NCBI RefSeq assembly: GCF_036971445.1
Contig: NC_091481.1
Location: forward strand, 11,222,001-11,286,000
From: Narcine bancroftii
Lineage: Eukaryota
Direction: 5' to 3'
Length of the DNA stretch: 64,000 nucleotides
Positions 24,528 to 35,832 of this stretch are shown here, piece after piece (position 1 is the first letter of the stretch; each line of letters opens with the position of its first letter). The notes below the pieces were generated by a model. The model had not been told where the DNA came from. It was given only the letters and a program-made list of their open reading frames with translations, and did not search any database. A program made the position numbers and the translations under genes.

Positions 24528-27500
24528 ATGGCTACGCTGAACTATATGACTCTAAATATTAATGGAATACATAACCAAATTAAAAGGAAGAAACTACTAA
24601 ATTTACTGAAAAAGGAAAAAATAGATATAGCATTTGTCCAAGAAACACACTTAACTGAATTGGAGCACAAGAAATTAAAGAGAGATTGGGTAGGACATGT
24701 AACAGCAGCATCGTATAATTCAAAAGCAAGAGGAGTGGCTATATTAATTAGCAAAAATGTGCCATTTAAAATAGAAGAGGAAATAATAGATCCAGCAGGG
24801 AGATATGTTATGATAAAATGTCAGATATATTCAGAGCTTTGGAATCTACTTAATATATATTCACCTAACGAAGAAGATCAAAAGTTTATGCAAGATATCT
24901 TTTTGAAGGTAGCTAATACGCAAGGGAACATACTAATAGGAGGGGATTTCAATCTGAATTTGGATCCAAATATGGATAAAACGGGGAAAAAAATTAACAG
25001 GAAGAACAAAGTAACCAAATTTATAATTAAATCAATGCAAGAAATGAAACTTGTGGACATATGGAGGAAACAAAACCCAAAAGAAAAGGAATACTCATAC
25101 TACTCGACTAGACATAAAACATACTCAAGGATAGACCTATTCCTGTTATCAGCCCACATTCAAGGGAGAGTTAGGAAAATGGAATATAAAGCTAGACTAT
25201 TATCGGACCACTCACCCCTGTTATTGGCAATAGAGCTAGAGGACATCCCTCCAAGAATGTACAGATGGAGATTAAACCCCATGCTACTTAAAAGACAGGA
25301 TTTTAGAGAATTTATTGAAAAACAATTAAAAATGTACTTTGAAGTAAATACGGAATCAGTGGAAGATAAGTTTATACTATGGGACGCAATGAAAGCATTC
25401 ATTAGAGGGCAAATAATAAGTTATGCAACCAAGATGAAGAAGGACTATAATCAGGAAACAGAGCAGTTGGAAAGGGAAATAATAAACATAGAAAAAAAAT
25501 TAGCAATAAAGGAAGATACAACCAAAAGAAGAGAATTGGCGGATAAAAAAATAAAATATGAAACATTACAAACATATAAGGTGGAGAAGAATATAATGAA
25601 GACAAAACAGAAATATTATGAACTAGGGGAAAAAACACACAAAATCCTAGCATGGCAGCTTAAGACAGAGCAAACTAAGAAAATGGTATTGGCAACAAGG
25701 AAAAAAGACAAACAAATTACATATAATCCAAAAGAAATTAAGGAAAACTTCAGAGAATTCTATGAACAATTATACCGAACCGAAAACGAAGGGAAAGAAG
25801 GGAAAATAGATGAATTTTTGACTAAAATTGAACTACCAAAACTACAAATAGAGGAACAAAATAAATTAACAGAACCATTTGGAACAGTAGAAATACAAGA
25901 GATAATAAAAAATTTACCAAATAATAAGACACCAGGAGAGGATGGACTCCCAATAGAATTCTACAAAACATTTAAAGACCTAATAATACCGCCCCTCCTG
26001 GATGTAATCAACCAGATTGATGAGACACAAAACTTACCAGATTCATGTAAAACAGCAATAATTACAGTGATACTAAAACAAGGGAAAGATCCACTCTCAC
26101 CAGCGTCATATAGACCAATATCTCTGCTAAACACAGATTATAAGATAATAGCTAAACTATTAGCAAACAGATTAGCAGAACAGGTACCGAAAATGGTAAA
26201 TTTAGACCAAACTGGATTTATCAAAAAAAGACGCACAACAGACAATATTTGTAAATTTATTAACTTAATTCATGCAGTAGAAGGAAATAAAGCACCGGCA
26301 GTAGCAGTTGCATTAGACGCAGAGAAGGCCTTCGACAGAGTAGAATGGAATTACTTGTTCAAAGTATTGCAAAAATTCAGTTTACCGGAGAAGTATATTA
26401 ATTGGATTAAAGCATTATATAAGGGACCATTAGCGAAAGTGACAGTAAATGGACATGTATCAAAGCAATTTAACTTAAGCAGGTCAATGCGGCAGGGATG
26501 CCCACTATCACCATTATTGTTTGCGCTAGCTATAGAACCACTAGCAGAATCGATAAGAAGAGATAATAATATAAAAGGAATAAAAATAAAAGACAGGGAA
26601 TATAAAATCAGTCTGTTTGCGGATGATGTGATAGTGTACTTAACAGAACCAGAACTATCAATAAAAGAACTATATAAGAAATTGAAGGAATATGGAGAAG
26701 TGTCGGGATACAAGATAAACGTAAATAAAAGTGAAGCAATGCCTATGAATAACGCGGATTTCTCAAAATTTAAGGAGGAATCCCCATTCAGATGGCAAAC
26801 GCAGGCAATAAGATACCTAGGTGTGCAAATAAACAAAAATCTAGGCCAATTATATAAACTCAATTACAATCCACTAATGAAAAAATTACAGGACGATTTA
26901 GAGCATTGGAAAGAGCTACCACTAACACTGATAGGAAGGATAAACTGTATTAAAATGAACATTTTTCCAAGGATACTATACTTATTTCAGGCATTGCCAA
27001 TACAACTGACAGAAAAATTCTTCAAAGAGTTAAAGAAAATAATAAGGAGATTTTTATGGAGAGGGGGGAAACCGAGGATAGCACTAGATAAATTAACAGA
27101 ATGGTATAAACAAGGAGGCTTACAATTGCCAAACTTCAAAAATTATTATAGAGCCGCACAATTAAGGTACCTATCAGATTTTTATCAAACAAGGGAAAAA
27201 CCAGACTGGACGAGACTAGAATTAGATAAAATAGGGGAAAAGATACCTGAACACATATTATATAAATGGGACAAAAAATTGGTACAACATAGAACTTCTC
27301 CAGTATTACACCATCTCCTCAATATATGGAAGAAGATTCATGTAGAAAGAAATAAAATAAATTACCAAATACCAAAACTAATATTGACGCAAAATAAGCT
27401 ACTCCCTTTTACAATAGACAACCTTGCCTTTAGAAAATGGGAAAAAAAAGGGATTAAAAGAATAGAAAATTGTTTTTCAGGAAGTAGATTCTTATCCTTT

Positions 27501-28325
27501 GAACAAATGAGAGATAAGTACAATATAACTGGAGATACAGCGCTGGCATATTACCAACTGAGATCCTACTTGAAAGATAAATTAGGAAGCAACTTGAGTT
27601 TACCAGAGGGAAGTAACCTTGAATATGTGATTACAGATACAATGTTAATCAAAAGATTTATAAAAAATATGTATATTAAACTGCAAGAAAAGGAAAATGA
27701 GGAAACAAATGGTAAAACTAAACAAAAATGGGAACAAGATTTAAATATAAAGATAAAAAAGGAAACATGGGAGAAGTTATGCTCTGGAACGATGAGAAAT
27801 ACAATAAATACGAGGCTGCGTATGATACAATATAATTGGTTACACAGACTATACATTACACTGCAAAAGTTAAATAAATGGGACCCAACAGTATCTGATA
27901 GATGTTTTCGATGTAAAAAAGAAAGGGGAACAACAATTCATGCAATCTGGACATGTGAGAGAGTAGAAAAATTTTGGGATGATCTCAATCAGATATTAAA
28001 TAAAATAACAGAAAACAATATACCAAAGAATCCAGAGATCTTTCTCCTAAGTAACATAAAAAATAAAGAATTTGGAATTGACTTGGAAGATGCACAAAAA
28101 AGATTTGTCAAGATAGCCCTAGCCGTAGCAAAAAAATGTATTATGTCAACCTGGAAATTGGAAGATAATTTGAAAATACAACAATGGTATATAGAAATGA
28201 ATAAATGTATTCCATTAGAAAAAATAACATATAGTTTAAGAAATAATATTGAAATATTCGAACAAGTATGGGAGCCTTACATTAAATACAATAGCGAAAA
28301 CCTACCGGGAACAAACATTACCTAA
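24528..28325 (+). CDS. L1 ORF2p (APE endonuclease, reverse transcriptase, CCHC zinc knuckle), 1265 aa
   Basis: EN motifs TLNING, QETH, GGDFN, SRID, SDH; RT motifs YRPISLLN, DAEKAFD, QGCPLSP, FADD, YLG; C-terminal CFRC...H...C. Uninterrupted. Confidence 0.98.
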   Translation: MATLNYMTLNINGIHNQIKRKKLLNLLKKEKIDIAFVQETHLTELEHKKLKRDWVGHVTAASYNSKARGVAILISKNVPFKIEEEIIDPAGRYVMIKCQIYSELWNLLNIYSPNEEDQKFMQDIFLKVANTQGNILIGGDFNLNLDPNMDKTGKKINRKNKVTKFIIKSMQEMKLVDIWRKQNPKEKEYSYYSTRHKTYSRIDLFLLSAHIQGRVRKMEYKARLLSDHSPLLLAIELEDIPPRMYRWRLNPMLLKRQDFREFIEKQLKMYFEVNTESVEDKFILWDAMKAFIRGQIISYATKMKKDYNQETEQLEREIINIEKKLAIKEDTTKRRELADKKIKYETLQTYKVEKNIMKTKQKYYELGEKTHKILAWQLKTEQTKKMVLATRKKDKQITYNPKEIKENFREFYEQLYRTENEGKEGKIDEFLTKIELPKLQIEEQNKLTEPFGTVEIQEIIKNLPNNKTPGEDGLPIEFYKTFKDLIIPPLLDVINQIDETQNLPDSCKTAIITVILKQGKDPLSPASYRPISLLNTDYKIIAKLLANRLAEQVPKMVNLDQTGFIKKRRTTDNICKFINLIHAVEGNKAPAVAVALDAEKAFDRVEWNYLFKVLQKFSLPEKYINWIKALYKGPLAKVTVNGHVSKQFNLSRSMRQGCPLSPLLFALAIEPLAESIRRDNNIKGIKIKDREYKISLFADDVIVYLTEPELSIKELYKKLKEYGEVSGYKINVNKSEAMPMNNADFSKFKEESPFRWQTQAIRYLGVQINKNLGQLYKLNYNPLMKKLQDDLEHWKELPLTLIGRINCIKMNIFPRILYLFQALPIQLTEKFFKELKKIIRRFLWRGGKPRIALDKLTEWYKQGGLQLPNFKNYYRAAQLRYLSDFYQTREKPDWTRLELDKIGEKIPEHILYKWDKKLVQHRTSPVLHHLLNIWKKIHVERNKINYQIPKLILTQNKLLPFTIDNLAFRKWEKKGIKRIENCFSGSRFLSFEQMRDKYNITGDTALAYYQLRSYLKDKLGSNLSLPEGSNLEYVITDTMLIKRFIKNMYIKLQEKENEETNGKTKQKWEQDLNIKIKKETWEKLCSGTMRNTINTRLRMIQYNWLHRLYITLQKLNKWDPTVSDRCFRCKKERGTTIHAIWTCERVEKFWDDLNQILNKITENNIPKNPEIFLLSNIKNKEFGIDLEDAQKRFVKIALAVAKKCIMSTWKLEDNLKIQQWYIEMNKCIPLEKITYSLRNNIEIFEQVWEPYIKYNSENLPGTNIT

Positions 28326-28599
28326 ATTGATGGAAGGAGAAGAAAAGAAAAGAATGGACTCAGTAGAATTTCTGGTGTATTTTTGTTGAATGACAACATT
28401 GTCTAACTGAATTAATGCAACCTAGATTGTATACCTAAAATGGATGAGAGGGGGGGGGGGTGGGGGGGTGGCTTGGGAGGAGGGAGGGGGGAGGGAGAAA
28501 AAGTCACTGTAAATGTGTGGAAAAGAAAAAGTGTATATCATGGCTATTGTGATTTATGGTGTGAAAAATAAAAAATTTAAAAAAAAAGAAGTGATCTCT

Positions 28600-28735
28600 C
28601 AGTCTGTGCCCAGTCTCTCCGATGTAGAGAAGGCCACAAAAGGAGCACCAAATGCAGTAGCTAACTCTCGTGAACACATGTGAAGAGCTGCTTCACTTGA
28701 AAGGGAGGAGGTGTGGGTGCAAGTGTGGCACTTGC
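28600..28735 (-). mobile_element. Penelope-like element, continuation after the L1
   Basis: rc of agtgatctctcagtctgtgcccagtctctccgatgtagag encodes LYIGETGHRLRDH (GIY-YIG second motif). Confidence 0.7.
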
Positions 28736-29149
28736 AGTTCTCATTTTATTGTAGTTTTAATAATGTCATTGTTTGTTATTTTGTTTTGTAAAGATTTTTT
28801 TTCATTATTGATCCAAATCCTCAAATCCTGTTTATACTGTTACATTTTTGGTGTAATTGGCAGTATTAGGTGAGAATGTCAAGATTCTGAAACCCAAGAA
28901 CTTTATGGTCCAAGGGTGAACAGACAACTCAGTAAGGTTTGGCAGTTTAGTAATTGGTTTGTGTAAGTAACGATCACCTCAGTTTTTTGGAAAAGGATAT
29001 GAAGGACAAAGTGCAGATGCCCCCATATTTAATTGTTAACTGTTTGGAGGGAGCATACTTCTCCAAAAAGAAATGAATGAGATGGATATTTGCCATTGCA
29101 CTCAGGCAGCAGTGTGCTGAGAATGAAAATGAGTCCTGAAACTGAAAAA

Positions 29150-29760
29150 TGTAGGAAGGGTTGTTAATAGTAATAAGTTAAGGTTTGATCCTGTTTTTGT
29201 TTAAAGAAAATTAAAAATAACTTTTAAGTAACCATTTGTCTTGGAGAATTTCTATTGCTGCTGGGTTTTGGGGCCCTCTGGGCCTATCGCATTTTGGATT
29301 GAAAATTAGAGTTTTGGGATTGTAAACTTTTGGAGGTTTTGTGATTTATTAGTTAATTGGTTTTTCCATGCTAATTTAAAGCTTGTGTGTGTCCAGCGAG
29401 CAACAAATTTCCCTCTGAAAACCAACATGAACCTTCCTAACCGGTAACAATTTACCTTTCAAGCACCAAAGCCTGGTGAAGATTCATAAATGTTAAATTC
29501 TGTGCATAGTATAAGAATTGCCTGATACCAGTAAACTTGGAGGTAAGATTGGACCGTGAATCAAAGAAGTTTTCTGAACTTGCATACACATTACATACAC
29601 ATGCGCTTAGAATTAGGAGGGGTTGTTAATAGTAATAAATTAAAGTTTGACCCTTCTTTTATGTTTAATTAAAATTAAAAGTGACTTTTGTTTAAGTAAC
29701 CATTTGTTTTGGTGAATTTCTATTGCTGCTGGGTTTTGGAGTCCTCTGGGCCCGTCGCAG
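29150..29760 (+). mobile_element. Two partial LTR 3' ends, family of the solo LTRs at 35917 and 52868
   Basis: Share aagtaaccatttg...ctattgctgctgggttttgg...ctctgggcc and aagcaccaaagcctggtgaa blocks with 36600-36974. Confidence 0.75.
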
Positions 29761-31145
29761 TATCTGCATCTTCGCTGAGTTTTTCCAGCATTGTGTTTTT
29801 AACCTCAAAACAAAGTGTCCTGTTTTTTGATATATTTTCAAAATATAATACACCCAAGTCACATTTTTTTAGATATTTCCAAGTTAGAAATTTTTTGAAT
29901 ATTACCTGATTTGGTTTATACACTTTTACATTTTTTTAATAGGTGTAACTGAAACTGAATAAACATACTGCTATAAATGTAAGTGGTTTTGCTGTTTTCT
30001 GCTGTGTGTTTTCTTGCAGTGTGGCCTGACTTTTACAATTCTCTACAGTCAGGTTGATGGAGAGATGATGAGGCTGGAAAGAAATACCTTCTTGTCACCA
30101 ATTTCTACATGCTGCTATAACTCAGTGCCAAATCCTGAGAAATAAATCACTTCTGAAATGATTCAGTGAGACAGTGATCTTCACTCATCAGATCTATACT
30201 GACCTGAATGTCACTTTTAATGCAAAAAACATGAATAACTGATACTACTTCCTGATCACAATTCATCTTTAAACCGTTTGCCAGGCACAGAATGGATTTT
30301 AGTTACACCCTTGAATATCAAGTGGAAATGGTGTTCCATTTGATAAAGATGTTCAGACGCTGAGATTTTTAAAAATATTTAAAATCAAAAGCCATGTGGT
30401 GGCAAAGTCTGGTATTATTGGCTTCATTGTCATCTGCTACATGTTCCATAATCTGAATGTGGTGAAGGTATATCCGTTCCCAATTTGCAGGGGAGGGAAA
30501 GGTGTGATGAGATGGCAATAACAAAAATGCCTTGATGAATGTGTTGACAAGAAATACCTCAGCTCAATTACCAGTTCAATTTCTTATCAGAATACATCAC
30601 ATAGGGAAAGTGGCTCATAGACTGAGCAGAGTACTTGGAAGACCATAGTTGAAAAAAAAGTTGAGAACGGCTGTTTTCGAGACATCCCTGTTGGTGCAGA
30701 GAGCTGCATCCTGGGAAATATCAATTAGCTATTGCCTGTTGGAATTATTTGGGATGATATAGCCAACATCTTTCAATGCACAACTAGCTCGCTTATCAAG
30801 ATTAACATATCCATAAATTGGATATAAGCTTTCTTCCCTTCAACTTTTTTAACCTCTTACCTGGATGCCAAAATGAGCTTTAGGGCAGAAGTGGTTCCAT
30901 AACCATGAACTTCTAGACTTTCCTCATAACATCTCTGACTCTGCTCCTGCCTCAACTCATCTGCAACTAAAACTTACATTTACCTGAATAGCCTCATGCA
31001 CTCTCGGCCAGGTTCCCCTTTTCTTCTGTCTGTAAACTAAAGTCAGTCATAACTCTCCAACCTACAGAGAATGGCAGAGAAGAATTTTTTGGTTTGGCAC
31101 TTAAGTATGCTGCATTGTAATGAGTTAAATGTTTGACTAGAAGTA

Positions 31146-31609
31146 TGATATTTGATGGCACATAAGACCCACTTTTTTCCCCCAAAAAATCAGCTCAAAA
31201 ATATCCCCCGAGGTTGAAATTGAGCAGGGCGCTGGCTACTTGACCAGCTTCAAGAAGCCCATGTAGGTGCTGTGGTTGTCCAAGAAGCAGGCCTGCAGCT
31301 TTGCGGGCACCTTCCTTTGGATGGCCCGTGCTTTCTGGAGCCACTGCTGCTGCTCACTTCCCTATGTCAAAAGACTGACCATGGTGGCCACCACCGGTAG
31401 CACAAGACCATGCTTTCCAGAGCCACTGCTGCTACTCTCTTCCCCTGGTGAGAAGGCCAACCACTGTGGACTCTGCCAGCAGTGCAGAAGGTACAGAAAT
31501 AACCCATTCGCCAACATACCATAAATACACTAAAAAAAGTTCTTCCCCTGCTGAAATGGGGGGAGGGGGGGTGTTATAGCTCGTGGGTCTTATATCCTGT
31601 CAAATATGG
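31146..31609. mobile_element. Tc1/mariner-pogo MITE, degenerate
   Basis: Imperfect TIRs atatttgatggcacataagacccac / gtgggtcttatatcctgtcaaatat. Confidence 0.6.
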
Positions 31610-32499
31610 TAATTCATCAGATTTTCCCCCATTAAATAAGGAAAAATGGTAAACAGGTGAGCAGTCTTCGCTACTAGATGATCAGGTCAAATTAAGCAAA
31701 GGTCTGATGAACAATCTTCAATTTGAAATTTTAACTCCATTTCTCTTCTCATGATGCAGCTTGACCTGCTGAATATTTCTATTATGTTCTGTTGCAAACA
31801 AAACGTTTCCCTTGCATACATACATATTTTCATTGAATTCCAAACAGAAAACTTTTTGTATCTTGTCACATTATATTTTTACTGGCATTCAATTTTGGTA
31901 GTGTGAGATATTTAATTTAACATCACTAAACTAAGGGTACGTTAGTTTAATATTTCAATTAAATGTTTCAACAGAACACAGCAATTATCTTACATCACCT
32001 CATCAATACTTTCTATTTTAACTCAAAAATATTTGAAGATAGATGAAAGAAAAAAATGTGGATTTCAGCTAAAAGGTTGCAACAACCAAGCATTCCAGGG
32101 TCTGGAAGAGAAGATGTTACCCTTGGGCAATATGGATAGACATTATTGATTTTACTAGAATTTCTGAAAATTAGTTAATTTCAAATGATCAACTGTCACA
32201 AATTAACTTTTGTTAGTCTTTAAAAATATTCTGTTAAATTGTAAACACTCATCATAACATTGAAGGCACAAGTTTGGAAAAGTACTGCAACTAGCAGAGG
32301 AAGGAGGTGAATTAACTGACAAGTATTGCTGAGTCATCCATAGGTGAATGATTCTGGGGTAGATCCCATGATTGAAATAAAAAAAATATCTGCAACCTAC
32401 ACATGGAGCTAAGGAAATTATAATGGGGAATAAAGAAAATGAAAAGGAATTAAACAAATACTTTGTGTCTGTGACTAATTCTCCTTGGTGCTTAGTTAC

Positions 32500-32960
32500 T
32501 GCCTGGAGCTGCTGCAGTCTTTCTGGTCAAGATTGTGAAGAGAGTAGTTCCTCGGAGACCACTTAAGTAGTGACCTATCCTGGGCACACATCTCCTCAAT
32601 TGTCAGGGAGGTGCATAAGGAATTGCACTTCCTGGGAAGAGTGAAGCAGTCAAGGCTACTGGCCACCATCCTATCAACTTTCTACTGGCTGGCTGCATCA
32701 CCATGGGGTACGGTTGCCAGAGAGCATTGGATCAGAGGTCAATTCACAGGACCATAAGAGAGGATCACTGGAATCCCCCCCCCCCCCCCCCCCTCTCCCC
32801 ATCCACATAATTTACCAGGATCTTTGTCTGAAAATGGCTCGCAAAATTTTTGAGGACCCCCTACCACCCTGCACACAGCAACTTCCAGCTACTCCTGTCT
32901 GGAAAGTGATAGCAGCACCAGGCCAATGAGAATCCTGAATGACTGATGAACTGCTCATAC
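32500..32960 (+). mobile_element. Rex1/Babar-type LINE 3' fragment
   Basis: Similar to the reverse complement of 6300-6720. Confidence 0.55.
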
Positions 32961-33169
32961 AAAACCTCTGAGATTCTGCTATTTATTTAACTATATTTTT
33001 GGAGCGAAGCTCATCTCAGCAAGTGGAAAGTATTCCTTCACACACTCCCAAGATGCGTTCCAGATGGTAGAAAAGCTTTGGGGGAAATCACCTCTGACAG
33101 GAAAGTCCAACCTCCTGCACGAAGACCTGGGGGGGGGGGGGGGGACCACGGCCACAAGAAGGTGGGACC

Positions 33170-33360
33170 AGGACCTGCGCGTTTCTCCAGCGACGACGTC
33201 CCTCAGCGGAGGATCTGGGTCATGTGACTGGCGCCGCGGGTCAAAGGGCGGAGTCTGGCCGTGGGTCAGTGTGGCAGTGGATAAAATCCGATGAAACCTC
33301 GCACTTCCAACGAGCTGAGGCGAGCCTGGTCTGCGCATCGGTTAGGGATTTGGCGTTGAG
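33170..33360 (+). promoter_or_regulatory. CpG-rich promoter and probable non-coding first exon of the ACOT gene
   Basis: Local CpG/GC enrichment in unique sequence; M-box/E-box gtcatgtgac 33219-33228; DR1-like gggtca-a-agggcg 33238-33250; GC box gggcggag 33246-33253; donor gag|gtaaag at 33360/33361, upstream of and co-oriented with the ACOT exons. Confidence 0.6.
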
Positions 33361-33799
33361 GTAAAGTTAAACCAGGAGCAACCCACACTCCGACTGGCCC
33401 TCCCCTCCCCTCCAACTCTTCCCCTCACACTCGTGCACCCATGATGAGCGAGCGAGTGAATGTTCTCAGGTTTTGCTGCTCACCCTGACCTAAAATTCTG
33501 ATCCCTCTCCGCCAATTCTCTCTCCTTGGGAGACTCACTCTCTGCAGTCTTTTTCTCCAAACCCACCATGCTTAAAAATAATGAGTAGAGTCGGTAGATG
33601 CAGTGAACCCCAACAAAATGCTTTACTGAGCAAGATTTACATGACTGGGGAGGTGGTGGGGGGAGAGATCTTGCACCTTGCGTCCGCAGCCTTCTGGCTA
33701 CTGACCAACCAGGTAGGTACCCTGTCGAACACCACTGTAAATACAGAGGCTGCAGTGATTGCAGCAGTAGAACAGCCTTAACAATAGCTGCCTACACCA

Positions 33800-35065
33800 C
33801 AGTTACCTCAACTACACCTCTTCACACCATGTTTCCTATAAGAATTCTGTTCTTTTGTCTCAGTTTCTCTGTCACATCTGGTCCCAGGATGAGGTCTTCC
33901 ATGTCATCTGAGATGTCCAACTCCTTCAAAAAACGTGGCTTCCCCACGACTGCCATTAACTCAGCCCTTACCTGCATTTCCTCTATTTTCCCTGGTTTCC
34001 CATAACCTTTAGATACAGCGAGGACAGGATTACCCACATCCTCACCTACCATCACACCAGCCTCCACCATATCGGCCACCGACAATGTATTCCACTGGAG
34101 ACCCCTCTCTGCCTTCCATGTGGACTGAGCAACTCCCTCATCCCTTCCCACTAATTGTACCCTTGGTACCTACCCCTGTGACTGCAGCAAATTCTAGACT
34201 TGTGTCCACATCTCCTCCTTCGCCACCATTCAGGGCCTCAAACAGTCCCTCCAAATGAACCAACACTTACATATATATATTCTTTTACACACACACACCA
34301 ACCAGTAATCATATCTTTTATTATATCTTCTATTATGCTTTTGATTTACAATGTATTGATGATATGTACAAGATGTGATCTGTTTTATGTGATCATTTAG
34401 AACATTTTGTACATAGGATTTTTCTATTTATAAAAGAAAAAGAATCTGTAGGACTTATCAACTGCATTTGGTGATCACATTGTGGCCTCCTCCACATCAG
34501 AGAGACTGGATGCAGATTGGGAGATTGTTTTGTTGAACACCTTTGCTGTCTGCTGCAATAGTGGGAACCTCCCTGTGGCTAACTATTTCAGTACTGTGCT
34601 TCATCCCCACATGAACATGCCTGCTCATGGCCCCATGAATTTGCAATTTGCAAATTGGAAAAACCACACCTAATATTTCATCTGGGCACTCTGCAACCAG
34701 ATGGCATTAACATTGACTTCTCTGGTTTCCATTAGGTCCCTCCCATCCCCCCTCTCCCTCTTGAGGGTGCTCTCTCCCTTCCAGTCCCCCATCCACTTCC
34801 CTCCATTCAGGGAGCTATCTCCTCTCCTTGTCACTTCTAAGTGTTTTTTCTCTTCTGCCCTCCAACCCATATCCATCTGTGATATCTTGCCTGTATTCCT
34901 TCCCATTTCCCTCTTTCATTCCCCGCCCCCCCCACCTTTTTTTTTCAGGCTCCTGTCCTTTTTTTTGCTTGTACTTGGACAAAGGGTCCCGACCTGAAGT
35001 GTTGATGATGTATCATTGCTTCCAATTAATTTTTCAGACTGCTGAGTTTCTCCAGCACTTTTCAG
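33800..35065 (+). mobile_element. Decayed Penelope-like element (RT end, GIY-YIG, 3' terminus)
   Basis: Degenerate CGLL.I.ETG.RLGD.FVEHL...LPVAN.F...HLIFHLGTLQPDGINIDFS at 34460-34725; characteristic terminus gctgagtttctccagc. Confidence 0.75.
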
Positions 35066-35284
35066 GTAAATAATTGTTTCAAGTGATTACTCTTTAACCC
35101 TGGATGCTTAAGCTCATACGAGGATAACAATAGTTTGTATCACCTATACTATTTGATGACTGCCTTTTGCTCCACGCTCTTGGAAGCTGACAAATTCACC
35201 ACTTGGGTGTTACTTCGTTTCTGCGCTGAATGGCTGCAATCTTTTTAGACACAACATTTTCAGAGTATGATAGGTGGAGACATT

Positions 35285-35565
35285 TTAACTGACATTTTGG
35301 GCTTGAGCCTGTCATCAAAGTATAGAAAAATGTCCGCAGGCATCTAAACAAAAGAGTGGGTAGGAGGTGTGGTCACAAAGGCAGGCAGTGATAGAGAAGG
35401 GAGGAAGGTGACAGCAATGAACAAGGGGAGGAGGGATGGCTAGGTGAATAGAGAGGGAAAGGGGAGGAGATCTGGAAAAGGGAAGGGGGGAAGAAGAGGA
35501 GAGGAGGTTAGAAGAGACTGGAAAAGTTGATGTTAATGCCGTCTGGCTGGAGAGTGCCAGACCAT
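35285..35565 (-). mobile_element. Penelope-like 3' fragment
   Basis: Homologous to 22141-22430 and 62980-63200. Confidence 0.65.
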
Positions 35566-35832
35566 CTGTTCAGTTTCACTAATTTCAGGTGGGGTCAGCA
35601 TTGGTCCTCATAATTCTCTAAAGAACAATCAAAGCTGGAGAAAACAGAAGCTCCATTGGCCACTCTGTATTTATGTTTTAATTATTCAAAGGACATAAGA
35701 GTTCCTTCTGTGTGGCAGTTAATATATCTTGTACCTTTGTCATCCCACGAATTTAATATTCTATACAGTGGTGCTTCCATTAATATCCTTACTTTTGTTC
35801 CTATACATTCATTTTCCACATTCTGATCATAT

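Larger units (their letters stand above)
22598..28587 (+). mobile_element. Full-length, apparently intact L1 retrotransposon (~6.0 kb)
   Basis: 5'UTR, ORF1, ORF2, G-rich 3'UTR, aataaa near 28567 and A-tail; perfect 12-bp TSD gaagtgatctct at 22586-22597 and 28588-28599. Confidence 0.97.
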
